Positions 45,601-53,881 of a stretch of DNA of 64,000 nt are shown piece after piece. The position numbers and the translations under genes were made by a program. The notes under the pieces were generated by a model. It ran no database searches. It was not told the origin of the DNA and saw only the letters and a list, made by a program, of their open reading frames with translations. Origin of the DNA: Desulfobacterales bacterium (lineage in GTDB: Bacteria; Desulfobacterota; Desulfobacteria; Desulfobacterales; SpSt-501); NCBI GenBank assembly GCA_030834695.1, contig JAUQXK010000089.1:192174-256173 (forward strand). Reading direction: 5' to 3'. Position 1 is the first letter of the stretch; each line of letters opens with the position of its first letter.

Positions 45601-46075
45601 GCTCAAGTCGGCCGGCTTTCGGCGCGCCCTGGCAACCCGGCTGGGGCAGAAGCCCGATCCGGGCGCGGATCCCGGCCCCGTGGATTTCGGCAGCCCGGAA
45701 ACCATAAAAGCGCTGGAGGCCCTGTTCGCGGAGCGCATCGGCGCCGAAGCGCTCAGGACGTTGAAGGCCGAGCTGAAGGCGGCGGATGAAAAAGCTAAAA
45801 AAGAAGCGGCCGCGAAGGGAAAGGCCGCGGCTGCGGAGGCTGCGGCCGACGACCCCGGGCAGACGGCCAAGATCCTGTTCGACCGCTTGGCGGCGGCCGA
45901 ACCGGTCGATGACGGCGCGCTGGTCCGGCTGGGCGACGCGCGCGCCCAGGCGGTTATCGCAGAACTCAGCGGGCCCGGCCAGATCGCGGCGGAGCGTCTG
46001 GAGGCCAGGCCAGCCGCAGCGCTCGATTCGAAGGATCCTGTGTCTGCGGCGCTGACCCTGGAAGCCGGCCGATAG
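42656..46075 (+). CDS. large DUF748-type (AsmA-like) protein with N-terminal TM anchor
   Basis: N-terminus LAGFFLAPWLVRHYVPKIVQEQL...IGEVRFNPYAFTFEAQDFRMQE matches my recollection of DUF748 proteins. 1139 aa, repetitive beta-rich body. Start could be ATG 42668. Confidence 0.7.
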   Translation: MRIAMVMNRVKKIVLSKPFLIAVGVVVFYTLAGFFLAPWLVRHYVPKIVQEQLQKQAAIGEVRFNPYAFTFEAQDFRMQEPDGQPIVGFKRLFIDFELKSLYNWAWTFRQIALAGPQVHAVIAKDGALNLAQLAPPSAAPPPPPEKDEALPRLIVEDFSIDEGQIEFADRRPSKPATIEFKPLQLQVKNLTTLPGQEGPNTITAATTHGETMRWSGAVGLNPIHSKGNFVFENFRTATFWEFARDSLNLQPPAGKLTVTGDYNADLSGTQPAVTLSNLAVAISGVALKLQGAEAAFLELPDTRISGVRFDLSSQQIDVGKIAVKGGHARLAVDESGNLNLANIAKSAPAPAQPAAAPGAGSGAAKPWTVNLAAFDLNGLALDYQDLSRTPGLKSHIGGINVDLKAAAQAGGEKTQVLVNDIAVAVSEFQAQLDDSTEPVIRINKIGLEVGAYNLEPNSFTVDKIAIDGGGIDLQRQADGAVNLALVFLPPQKGAIARERQEAATEGHPFQFSVKTVSIAGLQTAFSDLSVRPDGPIVNLEDIGVVLDNIDGKSPMTFEVELKVREGGQIKAAGKVDPSGPTVESEVQVADLGLTAFQPYVNPAAAIDLKSGTFSTKGSLRHGIQAAGAQTAYQGGFKVDNLRVTETGGKETLVGWKAVQTDQLALQLEPNRLEIGDLRVVQPNGKFVIEKDRSLNVARVIKSDPAAKQPEKAPAASADPFPIRVRRILVSDGKVDFADLSLITPFGTKIHELKGVVAGVSSAKNVRAQIKLDGRVDEYGTSKIDGELNTSDPKAFTDISVVFRNVEMSRLTPYSGKFAGRKIDSGKLSVDLKYKIDKSQLAGDNQIVVERLTLGEKVESPDAVDLPLDLAVALLEDSNGVIDLGLPVSGNLDSPEFSYGALIWKALGNLITKIVSSPFRALGALLPGGGEEAFNAVAFEPGRPDVPPPEKEKLAKLAGALQKRPQLKLGVQGRYNPESDRAELKSAGFRRALATRLGQKPDPGADPGPVDFGSPETIKALEALFAERIGAEALRTLKAELKAADEKAKKEAAAKGKAAAAEAAADDPGQTAKILFDRLAAAEPVDDGALVRLGDARAQAVIAELSGPGQIAAERLEARPAAALDSKDPVSAALTLEAGR

Positions 46076-46096
46076 ACGGAGAGGACCAACCAATCC

Positions 46097-46582
46097 ATGA
46101 AAAAAATCGTCACAGGCATCGTCGTCGTGCTGGCAATCGTAATCGCATTCGGATGGTGGATCTTCAGCCGCCCTGAACGCGGAACGACCGGCGAGGTCAG
46201 CACGAACTTCCGCTGGCTGGGCCCCAACGACAAGATCGTGGTCGACGGCTTCGACGACCCCAAGGTTCGGGGAGTCGCCTGCCATCTATCTCGGGCGCAG
46301 ACCGGCGGGGTGAAGGGAGCGATGGGCATGGCCGAGGATACGAGCCATGTCAGCATCGCCTGCCGGCAGGTCGGCCCGATCCGGATCGTCGATGAACTGA
46401 AGGACGGCGAACGCGTTTTCGACGAACACCGCAGCCTGGTGTTCAAGACGCTGCAGGTGGTGCGTTTCTTCGACCGCGAGCGCAACGTCCTGGTTTACGT
46501 CGCCTACAGCGACCGGGTTCTGACGGGCAGCCCCCAGAACAGCATCAGCACCGTGCCGATCATGGGCTGGACAACACCATGA
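46097..46582 (+). CDS. creA: CreA family protein
   Basis: TM/signal N-terminus. FDDPKVRGVACHLSRAQTGGVKG, SIACRQVGPI, SLVFKTLQVVRFFD, LVYVAYSD...GSPQNSISTVP. Confidence 0.8.
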   Translation: MKKIVTGIVVVLAIVIAFGWWIFSRPERGTTGEVSTNFRWLGPNDKIVVDGFDDPKVRGVACHLSRAQTGGVKGAMGMAEDTSHVSIACRQVGPIRIVDELKDGERVFDEHRSLVFKTLQVVRFFDRERNVLVYVAYSDRVLTGSPQNSISTVPIMGWTTP

Positions 46583-46631
46583 AAAGCGGGTTATGGCGCG
46601 CAGCGCTACTTTATCGGAAAGAAAGTTTTTT

Positions 46632-46684
46632 TGTGGGAGAGGCTTTCAGCCTCGATCATCGCGGCTGGAAAGCCGCTCCCCCAG
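46632..46684. repeat. REP-like palindromic pair (two inverted units)
   Basis: TGTGGGAGAGGCTTTCAGCCTCG and CGCGGCTGGAAAGCCGCTCCCCCAG are imperfect reverse complements. They lie between the convergent creA and flavoprotein genes. Confidence 0.6.
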
Positions 46685-46804
46685 AAAACAACCCAACTTC
46701 CTTGGAAGGCCAATCTCGTCCCGCCTGTGGCGAGATTCACGCGCCTTGACTTTGTCGTTTTTACGAAGTTGTCGAAGCGTATGGATCCTAAGGAGCCCTC
46801 GACT

Positions 46805-47371
46805 CTATGCGCCGGCGAGCTTCCGACCTAGTTCGCAGGCCGAGTCCATGAGAGCTTTGTTCTTCTTGATCTCCCCGGCCTTCCAGGCGCTGCCATATAC
46901 CGTGCCCACCAGCTCGGCTCCGACAAAGTTGAAAGCGTCTTGGAAGGTTCGCAGGGCGTTCACCGCCCCGGAGGCGAAGGGGTCGGCGTCGGCGTAAGCC
47001 AGGACGACGGCGAATTTTTTTCCCGCCAGCGCATACCCGTCGTCGCCGCCCAGGGCATACCACCGGTCCATGAAGAGCTTGGTCTGAGCCGAAACGGTGA
47101 ACCAATAGATGGGGCTGGCGATTACGATGCCATCGGCCGCTTTGATCTTGGGGTAAAGCGCTTTCATGTCGTCTTTGATGATGCAATCCTTCTTCAGCTT
47201 TTTGCGGCAGGCGTCGCAAGCCGTGCAGGGTTGGATGTTGAGCCCTTGAAGAAAGACGGTCTCCACTTTCGCGCCGTCTTCTTTGGCACCGGCTGCGACC
47301 TGTCTGGCCAAAGCGGCGCTGTTGCCGTTCCTGCGGGGACTTCCGATGACGACCAATATATTTCGTGCCAT
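46805..47371 (-). CDS. iron-sulfur flavoprotein-like NADPH-dependent FMN reductase
   Basis: ILVVIGSPRRNGNS flavodoxin-like start. Compact Cys motif CTACDACRKKLKKDC as in Isf proteins. Confidence 0.82.
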   Translation of the reverse strand: MARNILVVIGSPRRNGNSAALARQVAAGAKEDGAKVETVFLQGLNIQPCTACDACRKKLKKDCIIKDDMKALYPKIKAADGIVIASPIYWFTVSAQTKLFMDRWYALGGDDGYALAGKKFAVVLAYADADPFASGAVNALRTFQDAFNFVGAELVGTVYGSAWKAGEIKKNKALMDSACELGRKLAGA

Positions 47372-47548
47372 AATCCTCCTCCTTTTTTATGAAGTCACCA
47401 CCATTACCCGAGAACCATTGAAATCGCAACGGCATGATCATCCGGGGCCGCCTCGGGCTTAAGCACTGCGCCGATTGTGCCGATGATAAATAAGTGCTAT
47501 CATATTAATTATTTGTGAATTTTCGCTGATCATCGAGGCATCATCGCA

Positions 47549-49861
47549 ATGCCCTTATTTTTCAAAAAGTTATGCCAAGCCATCGGGCGGTTGAGCGCCT
47601 CAGCCAAAGCATTCTTCGATAAGCGGTACACCCGCAGCGAGCCCGGCCCGGCCATGGACGGCCTGACCTATTGGCGTGAGCGCATCCTGTTCTCGGTGCT
47701 CGCCGTCAGCACGGCCTTCTGCCTGATCGCCCTGGCGCCCGCTCTCTACATGGCTATCGGCGAGGGCCTGTGGTTATTGGCCATTTTCGATATTATCGCA
47801 TGTCTGGGCTGCAGCGGCCTGCTGTTCTTTTACCGAATCCGGCTTGCCATCCGCGCGGCCCTCACCCTGCTGATCACGTTTCTGGTAGGAATTTTTATCA
47901 TCGCCCAGGCTGGGTTTCTGAGCGGAGGGCCGGCCTGGCTGTTTTGTTTCGCGGTGTTGTCCGGCATATTGCTCGGGCTGCGGGGGGCTCTATCGGCAAC
48001 TTTTTTAAACGCCGCCGCCATCGTTATCCTGGCCTGGCTGTCCTCGCAGGGATACGTGGCAGCCCCGCCGGCGTCGATCAACCTTTTACGCGGGCTGACC
48101 GCCAGCATCAATTTCATCTTTTTAAATGGAGTTTCCGCCGTTTCAGTTGCCGTTCTGGTCAACGGTCTGCAGGCGCTGAATCGTAAAACCGAGGCGGCGA
48201 CCGCCGCCCTGCAGCAGGAACGGGAGAACCTGATCGAAGCCAAGGACCAGCTGAAACAAGAAGTCCAGGTGCGGCGCCAATCGGAGAAGGACCTTCAGCA
48301 AAGCGAGCGGAAGTATCGCCTGTTGGCCGAGAATATCCAGGACGTCATCTGGACAATGGATCTGAAGCTGTGCTTCACCTATCTCAGTCCGGCGATCGAA
48401 CGACTGCTGGGCTGGAGTTCGGATGAATACATGCAGTTCAAGCTGGAAGAACTGCTGGCCCCCGAATCGGCGATCAGGGTGCTGAATGAGTTCAAAGAGC
48501 AATACCGCCGTGCTCAGCATTCGGGCTCCTTTCAGCGCTCCACCACCCTCCAGCTGGACATGCTCCGCAAGGACGGCGCCCGCGTTAAAGTCGAGGTCAC
48601 GGCGTCTTTTCTCTTGGACGACACCGGCCATCCCATCGGTATCCTCGGAGTCACCCGTGACATCACCGAGCGATACAAGGCCGAACAGGAAAAGGCGGAA
48701 CTGCGTGAGAGCCTGGCCCGATCCAAGAAAATGGAGGCCCTGGGCACCCTGGCCGGAGGGGTGGCTCACGACCTGAACAACGTGCTGTCCGGGATCGTCA
48801 GCTATCCGGACCTCCTGCTGATGGACATACCCAAAGAGAGCCCTTTGCGAAGGCCCATCGAAGTCATTCAGGAATCCGGAAAAAAGGCGGCCGCCATCGT
48901 TCAGGATCTGCTGACGCTGGCCCGCCGCGGGGTTCCGGTTGAAGAAATCGTGAACCTGAACGATCTGGTGTCCGAATACCTGCTGAGCCCTGAATATAAG
49001 CGCCTAAAAACCTTTCACCCGTTCGTTGACCTCGAAAGCCGTCTGGCCCCGGACCTGTTGAACGTCAAGGGATCCCCGATCCATCTTTCGAAAACCATCA
49101 TGAACCTGGTGTCCAACGCCGCCGAAGCCATGTCGGAAGGCGGAACCATCAAAATCGTCACCGAGAACCGCTACCAGGATGCGGCCATGAAGAGGCCCCT
49201 TGAGAACGGGCCGGATGAAAGCGTGGTGTTGCAGGTTTCGGATTCAGGCGTCGGCATTCCTCCCGAAGACCTGCAGCGGATTTTCGAACCCTTCTTCACG
49301 AAGAAGAAAATGGGACGCAGCGGCACCGGCCTGGGCATGGCGGTGGTATGGGGCACGGTGCAGGACCACAAGGGACGCATCGATGTCCGCAGCGTCGAAG
49401 GCCGCGGCACCGAAGTCACGGCCTTTTTCCCGGCCACGCGCGAGTCATTCTCCAAGGCGGCGATGGAGCCGTCCCTGGATGCGTACAAAGGCGCCGGTGA
49501 AACGATTCTGGTGGTGGACGATATGAACGAGCAGCGTGAAATCGCAGCCAAGATCATCACCCAGCTCGGTTATGTCGCCAAGTCCGTTGACAGCGGCGAG
49601 CAGGCGGTCGAGTTTCTCAAGCGCGAAAAGGCGGACCTGTTGATTTTGGATATGATCATGGACCCCGGCATCGACGGTCTTGAGACCTATCACCGCGTCA
49701 AGGTATCCAATCCTCGCCAAAAGGCCATCATCACCAGCGGCTATGCGGAAACCGAACGGGTTCGAACCGCCCAGCGACTCGGCGCGGGCGGCTACCTCCG
49801 AAAGCCTTACACGGTTCAGAACCTGGCGGTGGCCATCAAAGCCGAACTGAACCGAAGCTGA
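47549..49861 (+). CDS. hybrid sensor histidine kinase (multi-TM N-domain, PAS, HisKA, HATPase_c, REC)
   Basis: About six TM helices. PAS (YRLLAENIQDVIWT). H-box LAGGVAHDLNNVLS. G-boxes DSGVGI and GTGLGMAV. C-terminal REC (ILVVDD...LLILDMIMD). Confidence 0.88.
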   Translation: MPLFFKKLCQAIGRLSASAKAFFDKRYTRSEPGPAMDGLTYWRERILFSVLAVSTAFCLIALAPALYMAIGEGLWLLAIFDIIACLGCSGLLFFYRIRLAIRAALTLLITFLVGIFIIAQAGFLSGGPAWLFCFAVLSGILLGLRGALSATFLNAAAIVILAWLSSQGYVAAPPASINLLRGLTASINFIFLNGVSAVSVAVLVNGLQALNRKTEAATAALQQERENLIEAKDQLKQEVQVRRQSEKDLQQSERKYRLLAENIQDVIWTMDLKLCFTYLSPAIERLLGWSSDEYMQFKLEELLAPESAIRVLNEFKEQYRRAQHSGSFQRSTTLQLDMLRKDGARVKVEVTASFLLDDTGHPIGILGVTRDITERYKAEQEKAELRESLARSKKMEALGTLAGGVAHDLNNVLSGIVSYPDLLLMDIPKESPLRRPIEVIQESGKKAAAIVQDLLTLARRGVPVEEIVNLNDLVSEYLLSPEYKRLKTFHPFVDLESRLAPDLLNVKGSPIHLSKTIMNLVSNAAEAMSEGGTIKIVTENRYQDAAMKRPLENGPDESVVLQVSDSGVGIPPEDLQRIFEPFFTKKKMGRSGTGLGMAVVWGTVQDHKGRIDVRSVEGRGTEVTAFFPATRESFSKAAMEPSLDAYKGAGETILVVDDMNEQREIAAKIITQLGYVAKSVDSGEQAVEFLKREKADLLILDMIMDPGIDGLETYHRVKVSNPRQKAIITSGYAETERVRTAQRLGAGGYLRKPYTVQNLAVAIKAELNRS

Positions 49862-49916
49862 TCAGCCATCTCCTGTCGCAATGCCCGCTCACCGTCAAGG
49901 AAGAAGGAGGAGACCC

Positions 49917-50960
49917 ATGAAGTATCGATTTTTGGGCAAGTCCGGACTGCTGGTTTCACGAATCGCATTGGGAACCATGACTTTTGGAACGGACAACTGG
50001 GGCTGCAGCGAATCGGAAGCCCATGATATCCTCAGGGCCTACCTGGACGCCGGCGGCAACTTCATCGACTGTGCGGACGTTTACGCGGGTGGGCGATCGG
50101 AGGAGATCGTCGGGTTCTTCCTGCCGCATGTGAACCGGGACGACCTGGTCATCGCCTCGAAGTGCTACTTTCCCATGGGCCCGAAGCCCAACCAGTCCGG
50201 TCTGTCGCGCAAGCACGTCATGGCCTCCTGCGAGGCCAGCCTCAAACGGCTGAGGACCGACTATCTGGATCTTTATTATATCCACGGTCCGGATCCGGTC
50301 ACTTCCTATGAGGAAACCCTGCGGGCCATGGACGACCTGGTGCGGCAGGGCAAGGTCCGCTACCTGGGGTGCAGCAACCTCTTCGGCTGGCAGGTTGCAA
50401 AGGCGGCCGGTGTGGCCGACCGGATGGGACTGGAGCCATTGGCGGCCGGTCAGTACATTTACAGTCTGATCCACCGCGAGCTGGAGCGCGAGCTCATTCC
50501 GGCGGCGGTGGACCATGGGATCGGCCTGACCGCCTACAGCCCGCTGGGGGCCGGGCTGTTGACCGGAAAATACAAGGGCATGAGCGATCCGGCACCGGGC
50601 ACGCGGCATTTCTTTCGCACCCAGGTCGACGGCCCGCGCTTCTGGAATGCCCAGGGCTTCCGCATCGCCGAACTCCTGGAGCAAGTGGCTCTGGAGTCCG
50701 GGGTTCCCATGACCCGGCTGGCCATCGGCTGGCCGCTGGGCCGCAAATTCGTCAGCGCGGTGATCATCGGCGTCAAGAGCGTCGACCAGCTCAAAGCGAA
50801 CCTGGAAAACGCAGATTGGGACATGCCGGCGGGCGTCTGGAAAGTGCTCGAAGAGCGCACGCGGCCGGACGATGATTACCTGGGCTGGTTCAACCGTCGA
50901 AACTACGAGCGTTTCTTTGCGGCTGCGGAGTTCCACGGCGAGCGGACGGAGCCGCTGTAG
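49917..50960 (+). CDS. aldo/keto reductase
   Basis: Start at ATG 49917 (GGAGG SD). MKYRFLGKSGLLVSRIALGTMTFG, DCADVYAGGRSE, YLDLYYIHGPD. Confidence 0.9.
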   Translation: MKYRFLGKSGLLVSRIALGTMTFGTDNWGCSESEAHDILRAYLDAGGNFIDCADVYAGGRSEEIVGFFLPHVNRDDLVIASKCYFPMGPKPNQSGLSRKHVMASCEASLKRLRTDYLDLYYIHGPDPVTSYEETLRAMDDLVRQGKVRYLGCSNLFGWQVAKAAGVADRMGLEPLAAGQYIYSLIHRELERELIPAAVDHGIGLTAYSPLGAGLLTGKYKGMSDPAPGTRHFFRTQVDGPRFWNAQGFRIAELLEQVALESGVPMTRLAIGWPLGRKFVSAVIIGVKSVDQLKANLENADWDMPAGVWKVLEERTRPDDDYLGWFNRRNYERFFAAAEFHGERTEPL

Positions 50961-50996
50961 CGCAGCGCCCGTTCCCGGCAGAAAACGGAAAAAAGC

Positions 50997-51647
50997 ATGT
51001 CATCGCGTCAAAAATACAAGGCCTTGATACCCGTCACGCCGCAGGAGCAGCTGATCCAGGAACTGTACGGTCGCATCGATGCCGCCGCGGACCGCGAACT
51101 CGGCCGTCTGCGGCGTGAGGCGGGCGTCGTTTCCAGCTGCAAACGGGGCTGCTGCAGCTGTTGCGGGCAGCATATTCAAACGAACCCTGCCGAGGCCCAC
51201 GCCCTGGGACAATACATCAAGCGCACGTTCTCCGTGCAGCAGATCGGCGGCCTCCAGCGACGGACCCGGCAGTGGTTTGCATGGGATAGCGGGCGGCGGA
51301 AGGAAGACCCTCCGGCCGACCGTTCCAGCGGCCTTGAGCTTTTCGGCTACGAGCCCTGCTGCCCTCTGCTGGTGGACCGCGCCTGCAGCGCCTATCCGGT
51401 CAGGCCGGTCATCTGCCGGACGCACTACGTCAGCTCGGATCCTGCCGCCTGCCGTCCCTCACATGATCATCGGCCGGTCGAGCATGCGCCCGTGGCGCTC
51501 ACATCCATTTTGGACGCGACCCAGCCGCTGTCGCAGCTTCTCAGAGCCGAGATCGAAGGCGCCGGACTTGATTTTTGCAGGTCCATCATGCTCCTGCCGC
51601 ACTGGCTGGCGGTTGAAATGGGCTGGGAGTTTGCCGAAGACGAATAG
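50997..51647 (+). CDS. YkgJ/UPF0153-like cysteine-cluster protein (second copy in window)
   Basis: CKRGCCSCCG cluster and CCPLLVDRACSAYPVRPVICRTH as in the YkgJ family. Confidence 0.65.
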   Translation: MSSRQKYKALIPVTPQEQLIQELYGRIDAAADRELGRLRREAGVVSSCKRGCCSCCGQHIQTNPAEAHALGQYIKRTFSVQQIGGLQRRTRQWFAWDSGRRKEDPPADRSSGLELFGYEPCCPLLVDRACSAYPVRPVICRTHYVSSDPAACRPSHDHRPVEHAPVALTSILDATQPLSQLLRAEIEGAGLDFCRSIMLLPHWLAVEMGWEFAEDE

Positions 51648-51660
51648 CGCTTCGCGAGTT

Positions 51661-52878
51661 CTATGCCAGCAGCCGGGAGGCCTCGGCCATGAGATCGGCG
51701 ATGGCCAGACCCTGCGGGCAGGCTTTTTCAGCCTTGGAGTAATCCAATTCGGATAGCTGGGACCGCGCCGCCGCCGGCAGCCCGGCAAAGACATCCCGGG
51801 CCATCTCGCGGTCGCCGTAGTCCCGATAATACATCAGGCAGCGCATGACATCGTTTACCGGCACCTTCCCGCCCACGGCCGTCTGGCAGATGCGGCCGCA
51901 GCCGGCGCAATAGCCGGACCGGGTTTCATGGGCGAAACGCTCGAGCATCTCGCGATCGGTTTCTGAGAGCGTCGTCAGGTCGCGGGCTGCCGCCACGTTG
52001 GCCGAAAGATAGGCCAGGTTGGGCATCTGCGAGCAGATGCCGGCGATGTGCGGGTTTTCCCACACGGCTTTGAGCTTGGCCTGCTTGTCGGTGAAGCCTC
52101 TATCGAGGAATTTCTGGAGCAGCTTGAATTCGGTTTCGCTGTCCGGCTTGACCTGTCCGCCGGCCTGGGTCTTAAAGGAGGTCAGGCCGATTCCCGCCTG
52201 TGCGCACGCATCCACGGCCTCCTTCATCTTCGGAGCGTTCATGAGCCGGAAGTTGTAAGTGAACATGATCGAGTCGATCCACCCGGACGTTGCGGCGGCC
52301 AGCAGGCAGTCCTCCATGTTCGTGTGCGTGCTGAATCCGAACCACTTGATTTTGCCGGCCTTCTTCATCTGCTCCGCCCAGCCGCGGACCCCTGCGATCT
52401 GGCTGAAATCGCTGATGCCGTGGGTGAAAAACGCGTCCACGTAGTCCGTGCACAGCCGCTTCAGCCCCTTGTCCAGAGCTTCGCTCAGTTTGTCGGGCGG
52501 CGAGGTGCGGAACTTGGTCACGAGGAAGATGTTCTTGCGGGTTTCCGGATAACGGGTGAAAAAGCGGCCGAACCCCTCCTCGCTGAGGCCGTTGCCGTAG
52601 CCCTCGGCCGTGTCCCAGTAGGTCACCCCCCAGTTGTAGGCCTGCCGCAACAGCAATTGGTTGTTGATCGTGTCGAACATGCCGCCCAGGCACAGGATCG
52701 ACACCTCGGCCCCCGTTTTTCCAAGCTTGCGCCTGGGCATGGCTGCAGCCTGTGCGGCGGCCGGCGCTTGGGCGTCAACGCCTCCCGGGATGCCCAGGGC
52801 GGCGGCCGCTCCGCCGAATCCGACGGTTCTGATAAACCCGCGGCGCGTCAATCCATTTTGTTTCGTGGTCTGATCCAT
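51661..52878 (-). CDS. Tat-exported aldo/keto reductase with C-terminal Cys cluster (AKR-FeS type)
   Basis: Start at ATG 52878 (GGAGG SD). Twin-arginine signal TRRGFIRTVG. AKR core (GVTYWDTAEGYG). C-terminal CAGCGRC...C motif. Confidence 0.85.
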   Translation of the reverse strand: MDQTTKQNGLTRRGFIRTVGFGGAAAALGIPGGVDAQAPAAAQAAAMPRRKLGKTGAEVSILCLGGMFDTINNQLLLRQAYNWGVTYWDTAEGYGNGLSEEGFGRFFTRYPETRKNIFLVTKFRTSPPDKLSEALDKGLKRLCTDYVDAFFTHGISDFSQIAGVRGWAEQMKKAGKIKWFGFSTHTNMEDCLLAAATSGWIDSIMFTYNFRLMNAPKMKEAVDACAQAGIGLTSFKTQAGGQVKPDSETEFKLLQKFLDRGFTDKQAKLKAVWENPHIAGICSQMPNLAYLSANVAAARDLTTLSETDREMLERFAHETRSGYCAGCGRICQTAVGGKVPVNDVMRCLMYYRDYGDREMARDVFAGLPAAARSQLSELDYSKAEKACPQGLAIADLMAEASRLLA

Positions 52879-52926
52879 CACGATTTCCTCCAGCAATAAA
52901 AGGGCCAACGTCCGGCTCGTTTCGGG

Positions 52927-53535
52927 TTACTTGGCCAACGCCTGGTTGTTTTTGAGATCGTAGATCGGCTTGAATTTCAGATCGCCGACCAGAATGTTCT
53001 CCGGTCGTTTCAGCAGCAGGTCGCCGTTGAGCGCCACAAAACGCAGCTCCGCCTCGACCGTAAAACCGTTCTGGGCGGCCTGATCCAGGCTGGCCTTGGC
53101 CGCCTGGTAGTGAGGTTCGGCTTTTGTTCGATGGAACGGCCGGCGCCATTCCAGCCATTGGTCGGGATTGAAAGAGCGGTCGACGAAGATGTAGTAGGCA
53201 ACCTTGCCCGGGCAGTCCGCCTCCAGGTAGATGGAATACTCGACCGGGCCCGGCTGCTGGGTCCGGGCCTCGATGCGCTTGCGCTCGGCCCCTTCGATCA
53301 GCCAGGTAACCGGGCAGGAGAGCGATCTGGCGAAATCCCTGACGTTGCCGAAGATGTAAGCCGGATCGGTCTCGTCTGCCAGGAAATTGCCGGCCAGGAA
53401 CCTCTCCGGGGGAGTGAACTCGGACAACTCGTTCTGACTGCGGAGCTTAATGGCCTGTTCGCTGCCCGCGGCGGCGGCTCCGCATAGAGCCCATAGAAGA
53501 ATGACTCCCCATAGTGTGGAACGAAAGCAGTGCAT
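52927..53535 (-). CDS. secreted hypothetical protein
   Basis: GGAGGGG SD, signal peptide ...LCGAAAAGS. 19 nt upstream of the AKR gene on the same strand. No family recognised. Confidence 0.6.
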   Translation of the reverse strand: MHCFRSTLWGVILLWALCGAAAAGSEQAIKLRSQNELSEFTPPERFLAGNFLADETDPAYIFGNVRDFARSLSCPVTWLIEGAERKRIEARTQQPGPVEYSIYLEADCPGKVAYYIFVDRSFNPDQWLEWRRPFHRTKAEPHYQAAKASLDQAAQNGFTVEAELRFVALNGDLLLKRPENILVGDLKFKPIYDLKNNQALAK

Positions 53536-53584
53536 GGCTCCCCTCCTTTCTCTGATAGGTCAATGGAATCGCTTCTCAGTTTTT

Positions 53585-53875
53585 CAGCGAGAACGGGAAA
53601 AGAGAGAGGATCTGCCGCAGCCAATCTCCGTTGCGCTGATTCTTGGGCGTGCCCACTAGCAGATTCTCCTGGACCGTGAGCGAAGGAAAGACATTGGCCA
53701 CCTGCGGGACATAGGTGATGCCGGCCTCCCGCAACGCTTCCGTCGATCTTCTGCTTGTGTTCCACCACGACCAGTGAAAGCCCGCGCTGTTTCAACTCGA
53801 ACCGGCGAGCGATGATCTGAACCATTGCCGAAAATTCCGGCGGGGATTCTGCCGCCCCGAAAACCTGCGGTCGCT
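53585..53875 (-). pseudogene. decayed fragments of LivG/LivF-type ABC ATPase genes
   Basis: One frame reads PPEFSAMVQIIARRFELKQRGLSLVVVEHK (ATPase C-terminal region). A shifted frame reads EALREAGITYVPQVANVFPSLTVQENLLVG...LFP (mid-region). No Walker A, signature motif or intact ORF. Confidence 0.45.
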
Positions 53876-53881
53876 GGAAGC

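Noticed and set aside
44189-46285. 698-aa minus-strand ORF
   Set aside because: Antisense shadow of the DUF748 gene. It also crosses the DUF748/creA gene boundary.
49745-49765. GGGTTCGAACC T-arm-like sequence (possible tRNA)
   Set aside because: It lies inside the REC domain coding sequence of the hybrid kinase. No acceptor or anticodon arms can be built.
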